NCBI GenBank assembly: GCA_964608275.1
Contig: CAZSNL010000001.1
Span: 9,088-73,087, forward strand
Reading direction: 5' to 3'
Origin: an uncultured Hyphomicrobiales bacterium
Lineage (GTDB): Bacteria > Pseudomonadota > Alphaproteobacteria > Rhizobiales > CAZSNL01
Length of the DNA stretch: 64,000 nt
In this document: one piece after another, positions 37,717-46,141 of the stretch
Position numbering within the stretch: position 1 is the first letter of the stretch
Layout of the letters: each line of letters starts with the position of its first letter
Translations under genes and position numbers: made by a program
Notes under the pieces: model-generated
Database searches by the model: none
The model's input: the letters and a program-made list of their open reading frames with translations, nothing else
What the model was told of the DNA's origin: nothing

Positions 37717-38091
37717 CTACTTGCCGGACGCAAGTCGCTCGATGAGGTAGTCGCGCAGCACGACGGCCTGGTTGTGCTCGCGATCGCGGGCGCCGTAGAG
37801 AAGCGTCACCGGCCCTTTTCGGCACCATCGGAGGCACCGTTCCACGGCTTCCGAATTGGCATCCAGTTCGGCCCTGTAGCGGCGCCGGAATTCCTCCCAT
37901 CTCGCGGGGTCATGGCCAAACCATTTGCGAAGCCCGGAGCTGGGCGCCACCTCGCGGATCCAGTCGTCATGCCCGAGTTCCGCTTTTGCAATGCCGCGCG
38001 GCCAGAGACGATCCACCAGCAGCCGCGCGCCGACCGACTGCGACGGGTCGTCGTGGACCCGCAGGATCCTGATCTCGGGTATCTTGCTCAA
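37717..38091 (-). CDS. DUF488 family protein
   Basis: RILRVHDDP...GARLLVDRLWPRGIAKAELGHDDWIREVAPSSGLRKWFGHDPARWEEFRRRYRAEL. A TTG start at 38091 overlaps the upstream stop by 4 nt; there is no in-frame ATG nearby. Confidence 0.7.
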   Translation of the reverse strand: MSKIPEIRILRVHDDPSQSVGARLLVDRLWPRGIAKAELGHDDWIREVAPSSGLRKWFGHDPARWEEFRRRYRAELDANSEAVERCLRWCRKGPVTLLYGARDREHNQAVVLRDYLIERLASGK

Positions 38092-38423
38092 GGCAATTCG
38101 TCCGACAGCAGATCGAGCGTCTTGGTCGAATGGGCGAAGGCCGCGCCCGCCCGCATCTCGGCTGCCACCCAGATCGCCTCCATGATCTGCTCGGCGCTGG
38201 CACCCTCGCGACGGGCGGCCTTCACATGGCCTTCGATGCACCAGGGGCACTGGGTGACGTGCGCAACCGCAACCGCGATCAGCTGCTTGGTGCGGGTGTC
38301 CAGAGCACCATCGGCGAACACGGCCTTTGAGAATGCCTTGAAAGCGTCGTCTGCCTGGGGCGCCAGCGCATGTCTGCGTTCGGCATGGGCGCGAGTGGCT
38401 TTCGGGAAGCTGATGTCGGGCAT
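38088..38423 (-). CDS. carboxymuconolactone decarboxylase (AhpD-like) family protein
   Basis: LDTRTKQLIAVAVAHVTQCPWCIEGHVKAARREGAS contains the CxxC motif of the AhpD/CMD fold. Confidence 0.85.
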   Translation of the reverse strand: MPDISFPKATRAHAERRHALAPQADDAFKAFSKAVFADGALDTRTKQLIAVAVAHVTQCPWCIEGHVKAARREGASAEQIMEAIWVAAEMRAGAAFAHSTKTLDLLSDELP

Positions 38424-38460
38424 GGCTTTCTCCGTAGGGCTGGCCGGTCTGACATGGAGA

Positions 38461-38763
38461 CTAGTCGCGCCAGTAGTTGTTCGCCCGCGCGATCGTGGCG
38501 AAGTACGTTGCGACCACTCCGGATACGGTGATCAGGCTGTCCGGATCGTGCGCATAGGCCGGGCGCAGCTTGTGCAGCGTCTCGACGTCAGGCTGGGTGG
38601 TCTTGACCGCCTTGCGGGCCATCGCAACCGCGAGGTCGAACCCTTCTGCCGGCGTCTCCGTGACCAGCGTCGGCAGCCACGACTGCCCGGCCTCCTGCGC
38701 AATGGCCGGCGTGGCCGCAAACAGGAATGCCACCACGATCGGGACAACCATCCTGCGGAACAT
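38461..38763 (-). CDS. small secreted hypothetical protein
   Basis: The ATG at 38763 has AAGGAG 6 nt upstream. Signal peptide MFRRMVVPIVVAFLFAATPAIAQE. I recognise no domain. Confidence 0.5.
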   Translation of the reverse strand: MFRRMVVPIVVAFLFAATPAIAQEAGQSWLPTLVTETPAEGFDLAVAMARKAVKTTQPDVETLHKLRPAYAHDPDSLITVSGVVATYFATIARANNYWRD

Positions 38764-38816
38764 CACGAACTCCTTTCGCTGTTGACGGTGCGGGGCAAGG
38801 GCTGGCGCAGAAGACT

Positions 38817-39293
38817 TCAGGCGTTGCGCTCGAACGGCGGAAACAGGATCTCGTTTTCCAGGCGGATATGTTCGTGGAGGTCGTCGATGAATTCGCCGAG
38901 CCCTGCGTAGAGCGCGGTCCACTTGCGACAGGCCCCTTCGGGCAGGGCCAGGTCGCCCGTGATGCGGCGTATCTGCGCGACCTCGCCTTCGTGATCATCG
39001 TGGTCGGCGCGCATGGCGGCAATTCGGTCGGCTACGTCCGGCGATCCGCCCCGGCGTATCGCCGGGAAGAGAAGCAGCTCCTCCTTCTTCATGTGAACTT
39101 CCAGCTCGCCGATCAGTTTCCGGAGTAGCCCGGACAGCCCATTGGGCGCTGCAGGATCGTCGGCGTGTACCGTCTCGACCTGGGTGGCGAGCGCGGTGAG
39201 TTCCGGCAGCTGTTCGCGGTGGCGGACGTGATAGCGGGTTTCGATATGCCGGGTCAGGGCGGCCAGATCGTTGACCGGGGCAGCTTCGCTCAT
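38817..39293 (-). CDS. hemerythrin-like domain protein (DnrN/YtfE-RIC C-terminal-domain type)
   Basis: The strings HIETRYHVRHREQLPEL, HMKKEELLLFP, DHDDHEGE and HEHIRLENEILFP give His/Glu ligand spacing typical of hemerythrin-like di-iron domains. Confidence 0.75.
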   Translation of the reverse strand: MSEAAPVNDLAALTRHIETRYHVRHREQLPELTALATQVETVHADDPAAPNGLSGLLRKLIGELEVHMKKEELLLFPAIRRGGSPDVADRIAAMRADHDDHEGEVAQIRRITGDLALPEGACRKWTALYAGLGEFIDDLHEHIRLENEILFPPFERNA

Positions 39294-39769
39294 GGCATCC
39301 TCGTTGGTCGGCGGCGGTCGGGGACGTCGCCCGGAAGTCTGCCGGCGGCCGTCTCGACCGCCATGTGCAGCGAACGGGCAATGAGTTCGGCCCGCTCGAT
39401 GACGTGGGCAGCCCCTGCCGGCGGGCAGGTTTCGTGCGCCGTTTCCCGGAACAGGGACAGCCAGCGCTCGAAGTGCTCCCAGGTGACCGGCAGGCGGGCG
39501 TGCTTGGGCATCGGCGCGCCGTGAAAGCGCCCGGTCATGAGGGCTACCGAGGACCAGAAGTCGACCATCTGAGCGAGATGCACATCCCAGTCCCGGACGC
39601 GCTCGTCGAAGATCGGGCCCAGCATGGCATCAGTGCGGACGCGGGCATAGAAGCGGTGCACAAGATCGGTCAATCGGCCATCGTCCAGGCCTGTCCGGGC
39701 CATCAGTTCGGCCGTTATCGCAGGTCTGGCAGAGCGGATCGGCGCGGGAGGTGTCGCTGCTTCAGTCAT
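39290..39769 (-). CDS. group III truncated haemoglobin-like globin
   Basis: LVHRFYARVRTDAMLGPIF...W..HLAQMVDFWSSVALMTGRFHGAPMPKHARLP...FERWLSLF parallels Ctb-type trHb III as I recall it. I prefer the ATG at 39769 (AAGGA upstream); a GTG at 39781 is an alternative. Confidence 0.75.
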   Translation of the reverse strand: MTEAATPPAPIRSARPAITAELMARTGLDDGRLTDLVHRFYARVRTDAMLGPIFDERVRDWDVHLAQMVDFWSSVALMTGRFHGAPMPKHARLPVTWEHFERWLSLFRETAHETCPPAGAAHVIERAELIARSLHMAVETAAGRLPGDVPDRRRPTRMP

Positions 39770-39810
39770 CTCGTCCTTCACGGGGTTTTGCCACTCGACC
39801 TGATCATGTT

Positions 39811-39833
39811 AATAGGCATGCGGAATACCAATT
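39811..39833. promoter_or_regulatory. imperfect AT-rich inverted repeat in the nsrR / globin divergent intergenic region (weak NsrR-operator candidate)
   Basis: AATAGGCAT-N5-ATACCAATT, with 7 of 9 positions complementary. It is the only AT-rich patch in the 68-80 bp between the divergent starts. Confidence 0.25.
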
Positions 39834-39849
39834 CGTCAAGGGACCCTGC

Positions 39850-40296
39850 ATGCGACTGACGGCCTTCACCGACTATGGTCTGCGCGCCCTGATGCGGATG
39901 GCCAGCGCGCCGGGACAGCCGTTCTCGACTGCGCAACTGGCCGATGAGTTCGGTCTTTCGCGCAATCACCTGGCCAAGATCATGCAGCGGCTTGCGCGGG
40001 GCGGCATCGTCGCGACCCGCAGGGGCGGCGGCGGAGGTGCGGTACTTGCACGCAGGCCGCAGGACATCCGTCTAGGCGACCTCGTGCGCCTGCTGGAGGA
40101 TGGCCAGGCGCTGGTCGAATGCCTTGCCGGCAGCGGCAACTGCACGATCGCCGGATGCTGCCGGCTGAAGGCGCGGTTGCGGGCCGCCGAGGCGGCGTTT
40201 CTGGCCGAACTCGATCGAACGACGCTGGCCGATATCGCACTTCCAGCGCCGGCCATGTCCCCAGTCGCTGCGGAGATGCAGGCAAGCACTCTGTAG
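39850..40296 (+). CDS. nsrR: Rrf2 family NO-sensing transcriptional repressor
   Basis: The ATG at 39850 gives MRLTAFTDYGLRALMRMA... HTH LSRNHLAKIMQRLARGGIV. Three-Cys cluster ligand pattern VECLAGSGNCTIAGCCRL. It is divergent from globin/hemerythrin genes. Confidence 0.8.
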   Translation: MRLTAFTDYGLRALMRMASAPGQPFSTAQLADEFGLSRNHLAKIMQRLARGGIVATRRGGGGGAVLARRPQDIRLGDLVRLLEDGQALVECLAGSGNCTIAGCCRLKARLRAAEAAFLAELDRTTLADIALPAPAMSPVAAEMQASTL

Positions 40297-40393
40297 GGCG
40301 CGACGGCGGAGACTGCAGGACGGCCTTGCCGCCACGGGTGGACGGTCGCGTCTGCGACCCCATCTTGGTGGGTGACGGTCGAGGTGCTGATCA

Positions 40394-40873
40394 ATGCTGT
40401 TCGAGACACTCAAGCGACTGCTGTCCGGGGAAACAGGCGTCGGGCCGGACCAGTCCGACATCCGCCGGGCGGTCGCGGCGCTGCTGATCTACGCGTCGCG
40501 CATCGACGACGAGATCGACCCGGCGGAAGTGGCTGTGCGGGACCGGTTGCTGAAGGAAAAGTTCGACCTCGAGGATGGCGAGATCGCAACGCTCGTGATG
40601 GAGGCGGAGAGAGCCGAGGCGGAGGCGATCGACCTCTACCGTTTCACGCGGGCGATCAAGGACCGGTATGACCGCAGGCACCGCGGCCGGATCGTCGAGA
40701 TGCTGTGGGAAGTCGTGCTTGCCGACGGCGTGGTCGACCCGCTGGAGGCGAACCTCGTCTGGCGCGTATCGGGCCTGCTCGGCTTCACCAGCCGCGAGAA
40801 TGCGGAGCTCCGCCGCACCGTGAAGGCGCGCCTCGACAATTCGCACGCCGATCCGCCGGCCGACCTGTCCTAG
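40394..40873 (+). CDS. TerB family tellurite-resistance-like protein
   Basis: AVAALLIYASRIDDEIDPAEV, RIVEMLWEVVLADGVVDPLEANLVWRVSGLLGF. Confidence 0.75.
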   Translation: MLFETLKRLLSGETGVGPDQSDIRRAVAALLIYASRIDDEIDPAEVAVRDRLLKEKFDLEDGEIATLVMEAERAEAEAIDLYRFTRAIKDRYDRRHRGRIVEMLWEVVLADGVVDPLEANLVWRVSGLLGFTSRENAELRRTVKARLDNSHADPPADLS

Positions 40874-41004
40874 CGGCGCCTTCGCGGCGGGGACATACAA
40901 GAATGACGCCGCACGCCAACCCGCCGCAAAGCTCTATGAAGGCGATTCTCGCAAGCTTGCGTGACCGCGCATCGAGCCCGCACCAAAGCAAGCCAGATTG
41001 AAAA

Positions 41005-41014
41005 TTGTCGACAA
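41005..41014. promoter_or_regulatory. perfect palindrome TTGTCGACAA (GntR/FadR-type operator candidate) upstream of the racemase gene
   Basis: The context is gAAAATTGTCGACAAAAGa. The reverse complement of the same 16-nt core recurs at 46032-46049. A TTGACA hexamer follows at 41022-41027. Confidence 0.5.
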
Positions 41015-41082
41015 AAGACGGTTGACAAATCGCACGGCGGCACGGAACGTATCGACCTGAACAGTGGTCTTGGAGGGCTGGC

Positions 41083-41808
41083 GTGAAGCTCCTGGCGGTC
41101 AATCCCAACATATCGGAAATCGTGCTCGACGTAATTGTCGCTGCTGCCAAGCGGGCGGCTTCGCCCGGAACGGAAATCATTGGTCTCCATTCGCCGAAGG
41201 GGACCCGGAACATCGACAGCGCCTACGGTGACTACATGAGTGCGCCGTACATGATCGAGGCGGTGCGGCGCAAAGTGGCGGAAGAGTCAATCGATGCAGT
41301 CGTGCTCTGCGGCTTCGGGAATGTCGGGATCTACGCGCTTCGAGAAGTGCTTCACGTTCCGGTCGTGTCCATTTCCGAGGCGAGCATGGCAATGGCGTGT
41401 ACATTGGGGCACCGCTTTTCCACGCTGACCATGCTGGAGCAGTTCATTCCCTATCAACAGGACATCGTCCGCCTGTTCGGGTTCGAAGCGAAATGCGCCT
41501 CGGTGCGGGCAATCAACGTCAACGTCGAACGCGCAACCATCGAGCGCAAGCGCGTGCTGGCAGACCTGAAGGAGCAGGTGATGCTGCTCGTCGAGCAGGA
41601 TCAGGCTGAGGTGGTAATCTTGGCTTGTGCGGGCTTGTGCGGCTACGATCGCGATCTCACCGAGGCCGCGGGTATCCCCGTCATTGACCCCGTGGTCGCG
41701 GGAGTGAAGATGGCCGAAAGTCTCGTTTCCATGGGACTCTCGCATTCCAAGGTCCGCAAGTTCGCAACTCCGCCGCAACCGCTCGAGGATTATCACCTTA
41801 CGAACTGA
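41083..41808 (+). CDS. Asp/Glu/hydantoin racemase family protein
   Basis: GTG start. LLAVNPNIS..., AVVLCGFGNVG and VVILACAGLCGY provide the two catalytic-Cys contexts of hydantoin-racemase-like proteins. Confidence 0.8.
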   Translation: MKLLAVNPNISEIVLDVIVAAAKRAASPGTEIIGLHSPKGTRNIDSAYGDYMSAPYMIEAVRRKVAEESIDAVVLCGFGNVGIYALREVLHVPVVSISEASMAMACTLGHRFSTLTMLEQFIPYQQDIVRLFGFEAKCASVRAINVNVERATIERKRVLADLKEQVMLLVEQDQAEVVILACAGLCGYDRDLTEAAGIPVIDPVVAGVKMAESLVSMGLSHSKVRKFATPPQPLEDYHLTN

Positions 41809-41943
41809 TTGCGGTCTGCGTCCGGCGCGTTGGCCAACCTCGACATGGTTCTTGAAATCGCTGGGTAATGGCGCTCGGATGCAGCACGGGGGCAAGCAGG
41901 ATTCGGTCAGCATCGGCCAGGCCGATCCGTCACGAAGAAGGGG

Positions 41944-42705
41944 ATGAATATGGGCAAACTGGACGGTCGCACAGCTCTTGTCACAGGTTCGAGTTCGGGC
42001 ATCGGCGCAGGTGTAGCGGTCGCATTTGCCCGCGAAGGGGCAGACGTGGTGGTCAACTTTCCGACCCCGCGTCAGAAGGCAGAGGCCGAACAGGTTCGCG
42101 CACAAGTCGAGAGCGAGGGACGACGCTGCATCGCGGTGGAGGCTGACGTCACCGATGAGGCGGCAACGAAAAGGCTCTTCGAGGAGGCAAACGAATTCCT
42201 CGGCCGGATCGATATCCTGGTCAACAATGCCGGAATATCCGAGACGGCCCCGATCGAGAAGCTTTCCGCCGCATCCTGGGACCGAATGATCGCGGTTCAC
42301 CTGCGCGGGCTCTTTCTCATGACCAGGCTGTGCCTTCCCGGCATGTATGAACGCGACCACGGAAAGATCATCAACACGGCATCGCAGCTGGCCTACATCG
42401 GCGCCCCGGGCTACGCGCATTACGTGACCGCAAAGGCCGGCATCATCGGGTTTACCCGGTCATTGGCACTTGAGATCGGGACGCGCAACATCAACGCCAA
42501 TTGCGTCGCGCCGGGCGCGACCAATACGCCGCTCCTCGATAACGTTTCGCCGGAGCTGCTCGACCAGATTCGTGCCTCGATCCCGAAGGGACGATTCGCC
42601 GAGGTCAGCGATATCGTGCCTGCCTACGTGTTTCTCGCCTCAGACGAGGCCGCCTTCTTTCAGGGCCAATGCCTGAGCCCGAACGGCGGTGACGCCTTCC
42701 TCTAG
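41944..42705 (+). CDS. SDR family oxidoreductase
   Basis: TGSSSGIGAGVA, NNAG, YVTAKAG (YxxxK). Confidence 0.9.
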   Translation: MNMGKLDGRTALVTGSSSGIGAGVAVAFAREGADVVVNFPTPRQKAEAEQVRAQVESEGRRCIAVEADVTDEAATKRLFEEANEFLGRIDILVNNAGISETAPIEKLSAASWDRMIAVHLRGLFLMTRLCLPGMYERDHGKIINTASQLAYIGAPGYAHYVTAKAGIIGFTRSLALEIGTRNINANCVAPGATNTPLLDNVSPELLDQIRASIPKGRFAEVSDIVPAYVFLASDEAAFFQGQCLSPNGGDAFL

Positions 42706-42955
42706 GACGGAAAAGACAACGGAACCCAGGTAACAGGATTCGCAAGACCGCCGGATCTGTTGGAGGTCAGCTGCCAGCCGCTGTCCACGATTGTAGCGGC
42801 AGATGCCTGCGGAACCGGTGCCGGAGCAAGAGCGGTCGATATCAACCGCTTGGCGGACGCGTCGGCCGTGTCATGAACTTCAGCGGATGATCCGGCGATG
42901 ACGCCGCCCCGACCTGCAGCCAATCGGCTGTGACGAAGATGTACGTGTCCGGCTA

Positions 42956-44266
42956 CTACCGGATCGCCATTCGCGGCACCCACAGTGCGATGTCGGGGAC
43001 ATACATCAACAACACTGTCACCGCGATCATGATCCCGACGAAGGGCAATGATCCGACGATCACGTCGTTGATGCTCTTGCCGCCACCACGAACGCCCTGA
43101 ACAACATAAAGGTTAAGGCCGACCGGAGGTGTGATCAGCGCAAGTTCGCAGACGATCACGATGAACACGCCGAACCAGACGGGGTCATAGCCGAGCGCGA
43201 CGACGAGGGGGGTGGTAATCGGGATTGTCGTGATCATCATCGACAACGTCTCGAGGAAGCAGCCAAGGATGATGTATATCAGGAGCAACACCCACAATGT
43301 CGCGAGCGGTGATACTCCGAGATCTGTGATCCAGCGCGCTATGGCTTGCGGCAGACCGACCAGGCTGAAGACGAAGTTGAGGAAGAATGCTGCCACGATT
43401 ATGAGCAGCAACATTGCGGTAGTCCGCAGCGTGGACTGAAACGCCTGGTGCAGCATCGCAATGGAAAACCGACCATAGAACATTGCCATGAGGACCACGG
43501 CAACGACACCGATCGCTGCGGCTTCGGTAGGCGTCGCCAATCCCGAGTAGAGGCTGCCCAGGACGACGAGGAAAATCACTACAGGAGGAACGAGGTCGAG
43601 GAGCAGCGACACGCGTTCGCGCCATGGCACGCTTGAATTACCTTCGCCCCGAAGCTGCGGCCACAGGGCGACGGCAGCGAAGATCAGTACCCCGAAGGCA
43701 GCAGTCATTATCAGGCCAGGAATGATTGCGGCGAGGAACAGCTGCCCGATCGAAGTGTTGGTGATTGCGCCGTAGAGGATGAGATTGATGCTGGGCGGGA
43801 TCAGGATACCCAACGTTCCGCCAGCCGCGAGCGAGCCGAGCACCAAGCGTTCGTTATAGCCATGACGGGCGAAGGACGGCAGAGCCACCGTTCCGATGGT
43901 CGCGGCGGTGGCGACGCTAGAGCCGGACGTTGCGGAGAAAAGCGCACAGGCACCGATATTCGTATGCAGCAGTCCGCCGGGGATCGGCGACAGCCAGGCA
44001 GCGAGTGCCTGATACATTCTGTCGGCAATTCCGCTCCTCAGCATTATCTCGCCCATCAGGACGAAAAGCGGAATGGCGACCAGGATAAAGTCGTTGAGAT
44101 TGCTCCAGGCAAGATCGCCAAAGCTCAGTACGACCGGCCAGCCGAGCAGGACAACCGCACCAGCCACCCCGAGAAGGAAGAGGACTGCCGCGATCGGAAG
44201 ACCGAGCGCGGCAAGGGCCAGCAAAAAGACGAGATAGAGAAGGCCAACCCACACCATCTCGTTCAT
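42956..44266 (-). CDS. dctM: TRAP transporter large permease subunit
   Basis: 436 aa, hydrophobic, with GIADRMYQALAAWLSPIPGGLLHTNIGACALFSATSGSSVATAATIG, the DctM signature region. Confidence 0.9.
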   Translation of the reverse strand: MNEMVWVGLLYLVFLLALAALGLPIAAVLFLLGVAGAVVLLGWPVVLSFGDLAWSNLNDFILVAIPLFVLMGEIMLRSGIADRMYQALAAWLSPIPGGLLHTNIGACALFSATSGSSVATAATIGTVALPSFARHGYNERLVLGSLAAGGTLGILIPPSINLILYGAITNTSIGQLFLAAIIPGLIMTAAFGVLIFAAVALWPQLRGEGNSSVPWRERVSLLLDLVPPVVIFLVVLGSLYSGLATPTEAAAIGVVAVVLMAMFYGRFSIAMLHQAFQSTLRTTAMLLLIIVAAFFLNFVFSLVGLPQAIARWITDLGVSPLATLWVLLLIYIILGCFLETLSMMITTIPITTPLVVALGYDPVWFGVFIVIVCELALITPPVGLNLYVVQGVRGGGKSINDVIVGSLPFVGIMIAVTVLLMYVPDIALWVPRMAIR

Positions 44267-44853
44267 GAGACCAGCCTCTCTGTCGTTCCGCCTGAACCGC
44301 GAGCTTTAGCGCTATGAAGTTCCTCGGCAACTTCGGCCTCGATCGGCTTGGTACCGAAACGGCTATCGGCTTCCTTGCTGGCACCGGTGCAGAGAAGAAC
44401 GGCACAGTGCACCGTCTGCGCGACGGCCATGACGGCAAACAGCGCCAAACCGGCAACCCATAATCCCTGCGGCACGACGAGCGGCAGGCCCAGTCCGGTG
44501 GAGGCGCTCGCAGAAAGCCGCCAGGAGGTAAGCGCGACAAGGCCGCCCCGCCACAGCAGGATCACCGCGTAGGTGCTGATGGCGATAAGTGATACGAGAT
44601 GGAGAAATGCCCGGGCACGCAGCTGGAGGTGGTCCAACACCATGTCGACCCTGATGTGAGCCTTCTCGGCAAGCGCATACGCAAATCCGAACGTTGCGCT
44701 AACGGCCAGAACATATCCGCCCAGTTCATCCGTGCCGCCAATGGTTATCCCGAACAGCTTTCGCGCCAGGACGTCGATCAGGATGAGGACGGACAGCCCA
44801 AGGATTGCCCACCCCGAGGCTATCGCCATGATGTTGCTCAGACGTGCGAGCAC
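44263..44853 (-). CDS. dctQ: TRAP transporter small permease subunit
   Basis: Four predicted hydrophobic segments. Its stop overlaps the dctM start by 4 nt, the typical Q-M arrangement. Confidence 0.75.
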   Translation of the reverse strand: MLARLSNIMAIASGWAILGLSVLILIDVLARKLFGITIGGTDELGGYVLAVSATFGFAYALAEKAHIRVDMVLDHLQLRARAFLHLVSLIAISTYAVILLWRGGLVALTSWRLSASASTGLGLPLVVPQGLWVAGLALFAVMAVAQTVHCAVLLCTGASKEADSRFGTKPIEAEVAEELHSAKARGSGGTTERLVS

Positions 44854-44889
44854 GAGGATCTGCTTCGTGACAGGCAGTTCGGCCGGTAA

Positions 44890-45951
44890 CTACTGCTCGA
44901 CAGCGAGACCCACCACGGCGCCTACCGTTTCGTTCCAGACACGCGCACAGTTCTCGTAGGTGCTTGCGCATCTCTCCGCCCAGCCCGGAAGGACGGTCTT
45001 CTGCGCAGTCTGTTGCAGCAACTGACGATCTTCCTCGCTGACCTCGACCAGGGTCATGGTCTCTTCCGTGCCGTATCGGCACTCACCTTGGCCGGTATTA
45101 CAGTTGATGCCGTCCTCGGTATAGAGTTCACCAGCGTCCCAGTTCTTCTGCTCGAACTTGGCGAACTCCGTTGCCAGAAGATCCTGTGCTTCGGGCGACA
45201 GCCGGTTCCAGAAGTCCAGATTGGCAACGTGGGCCTGGATCGACCAGCCCACGAAGAGGGGGTAGAGATAGTTGGTGACTTCGAACCATTTGCTGGTATT
45301 GCCCGGCAGTGTGCCGGTAATGGCGCAGTCGATGACTCCCCTCTGGAGTGCCTGATAGACCTCCGGGAAGGAGAGTGACACGGCCGAGCCGCCAAGCGCC
45401 TCAATCAGGTTGGCGACGGCCGGATTGTGGACACGCACCTTGAGCCCGTCGAGTTCCGATAACCCCTTGATTTCCGACCGACAGAAGAACGCCTGGCCCG
45501 GGAACGGCCACAGGGCAAGAAGCTTCCCGTTGTATTTTTCTTCGAGCAGTGCGCCGATCCGATCGCGATACGCGTCGACAACCTTGCGTTCGATTTCCAG
45601 GGTAGGGGCGATACCGGGCAGGTCCACACCTTGTACGAACGGTGCGTCGCCGCTTATGTAGCCAAGCTGCATCGCCATGATATCGAACGTTCCGAACTGA
45701 AGTAGGCGCACGGCCTCGAAGCCCTTGATGCCCGTTTCGTCCATCGTGCGGAACTCGATGGTGAAAGCGCCCTCACTGGCAGCCGGCAATTCGGTTTCGA
45801 AAAACGGCCGCTCGATTTCACTGCTCTGGAGAGTGTTCTGGACGTTACCCAGCACACGGATGCTTGTCTTCTCGACCGCCTCAGCGGCAACCGAAACAAC
45901 CATGGAAGCCAAGAGGGCTGCCGTAGCAGCTGATACGAACAGTCGTGTCAT
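44890..45951 (-). CDS. TRAP-type periplasmic substrate-binding protein (divergent, Cys-rich C-terminal part)
   Basis: The ATG at 45951 gives signal peptide MTRLFVSAATAALLASMVVSVAAEA. The position upstream of dctQM and the size fit DctP-like proteins, but the sequence is not a textbook DctP. Confidence 0.7.
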   Translation of the reverse strand: MTRLFVSAATAALLASMVVSVAAEAVEKTSIRVLGNVQNTLQSSEIERPFFETELPAASEGAFTIEFRTMDETGIKGFEAVRLLQFGTFDIMAMQLGYISGDAPFVQGVDLPGIAPTLEIERKVVDAYRDRIGALLEEKYNGKLLALWPFPGQAFFCRSEIKGLSELDGLKVRVHNPAVANLIEALGGSAVSLSFPEVYQALQRGVIDCAITGTLPGNTSKWFEVTNYLYPLFVGWSIQAHVANLDFWNRLSPEAQDLLATEFAKFEQKNWDAGELYTEDGINCNTGQGECRYGTEETMTLVEVSEEDRQLLQQTAQKTVLPGWAERCASTYENCARVWNETVGAVVGLAVEQ

Positions 45952-46035
45952 TCTGGTCCCCTTCGGTTCGCCGTTGGCGGGATCAACCTGCTGCCGTGGG
46001 ATCGTACCGGGCACACTGGGGGTGTCAAATGCTTT

Positions 46036-46045
46036 TTGTCGACAA
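46036..46045. promoter_or_regulatory. second copy of palindrome TTGTCGACAA in the TRAP / GntR divergent region
   Basis: The context is cTTTTTGTCGACAATTTc, the reverse complement of the 41001-41018 context. It lies 85 nt upstream of the TRAP binding-protein start and about 97 nt upstream of the GntR start. Confidence 0.5.
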
Positions 46046-46060
46046 TTTCTCATCGCATGA

Positions 46061-46070
46061 TGCAATTGCA
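46061..46070. promoter_or_regulatory. perfect 10-bp palindrome TGCAATTGCA in the same divergent region
   Basis: It lies 16 nt right of the TTGTCGACAA box. Its function is unknown. Confidence 0.3.
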
Positions 46071-46141
46071 CTTGCCTTCGTTGGGCACTGTGCGGACAAT
46101 CGGCAAGACAGTTTCAATTAGGCCAGAGACCCGACGACGCC

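Noticed and set aside
39811-39833. Calling a definite NsrR box in the nsrR/globin intergenic region.
   Set aside because: There is only a 7/9 imperfect inverted repeat with a 5-nt spacer. It does not resemble the 11-1-11 enterobacterial NsrR consensus I remember. It is kept as a low-confidence feature only.
42706-42955. ORF 42702..42983 (93 aa) in the 250-bp gap between the SDR and dctM convergent ends.
   Set aside because: It has no Shine-Dalgarno and an Ala/Gly/Ser-rich composition. It overlaps both neighbouring gene ends and has no recognisable motif.
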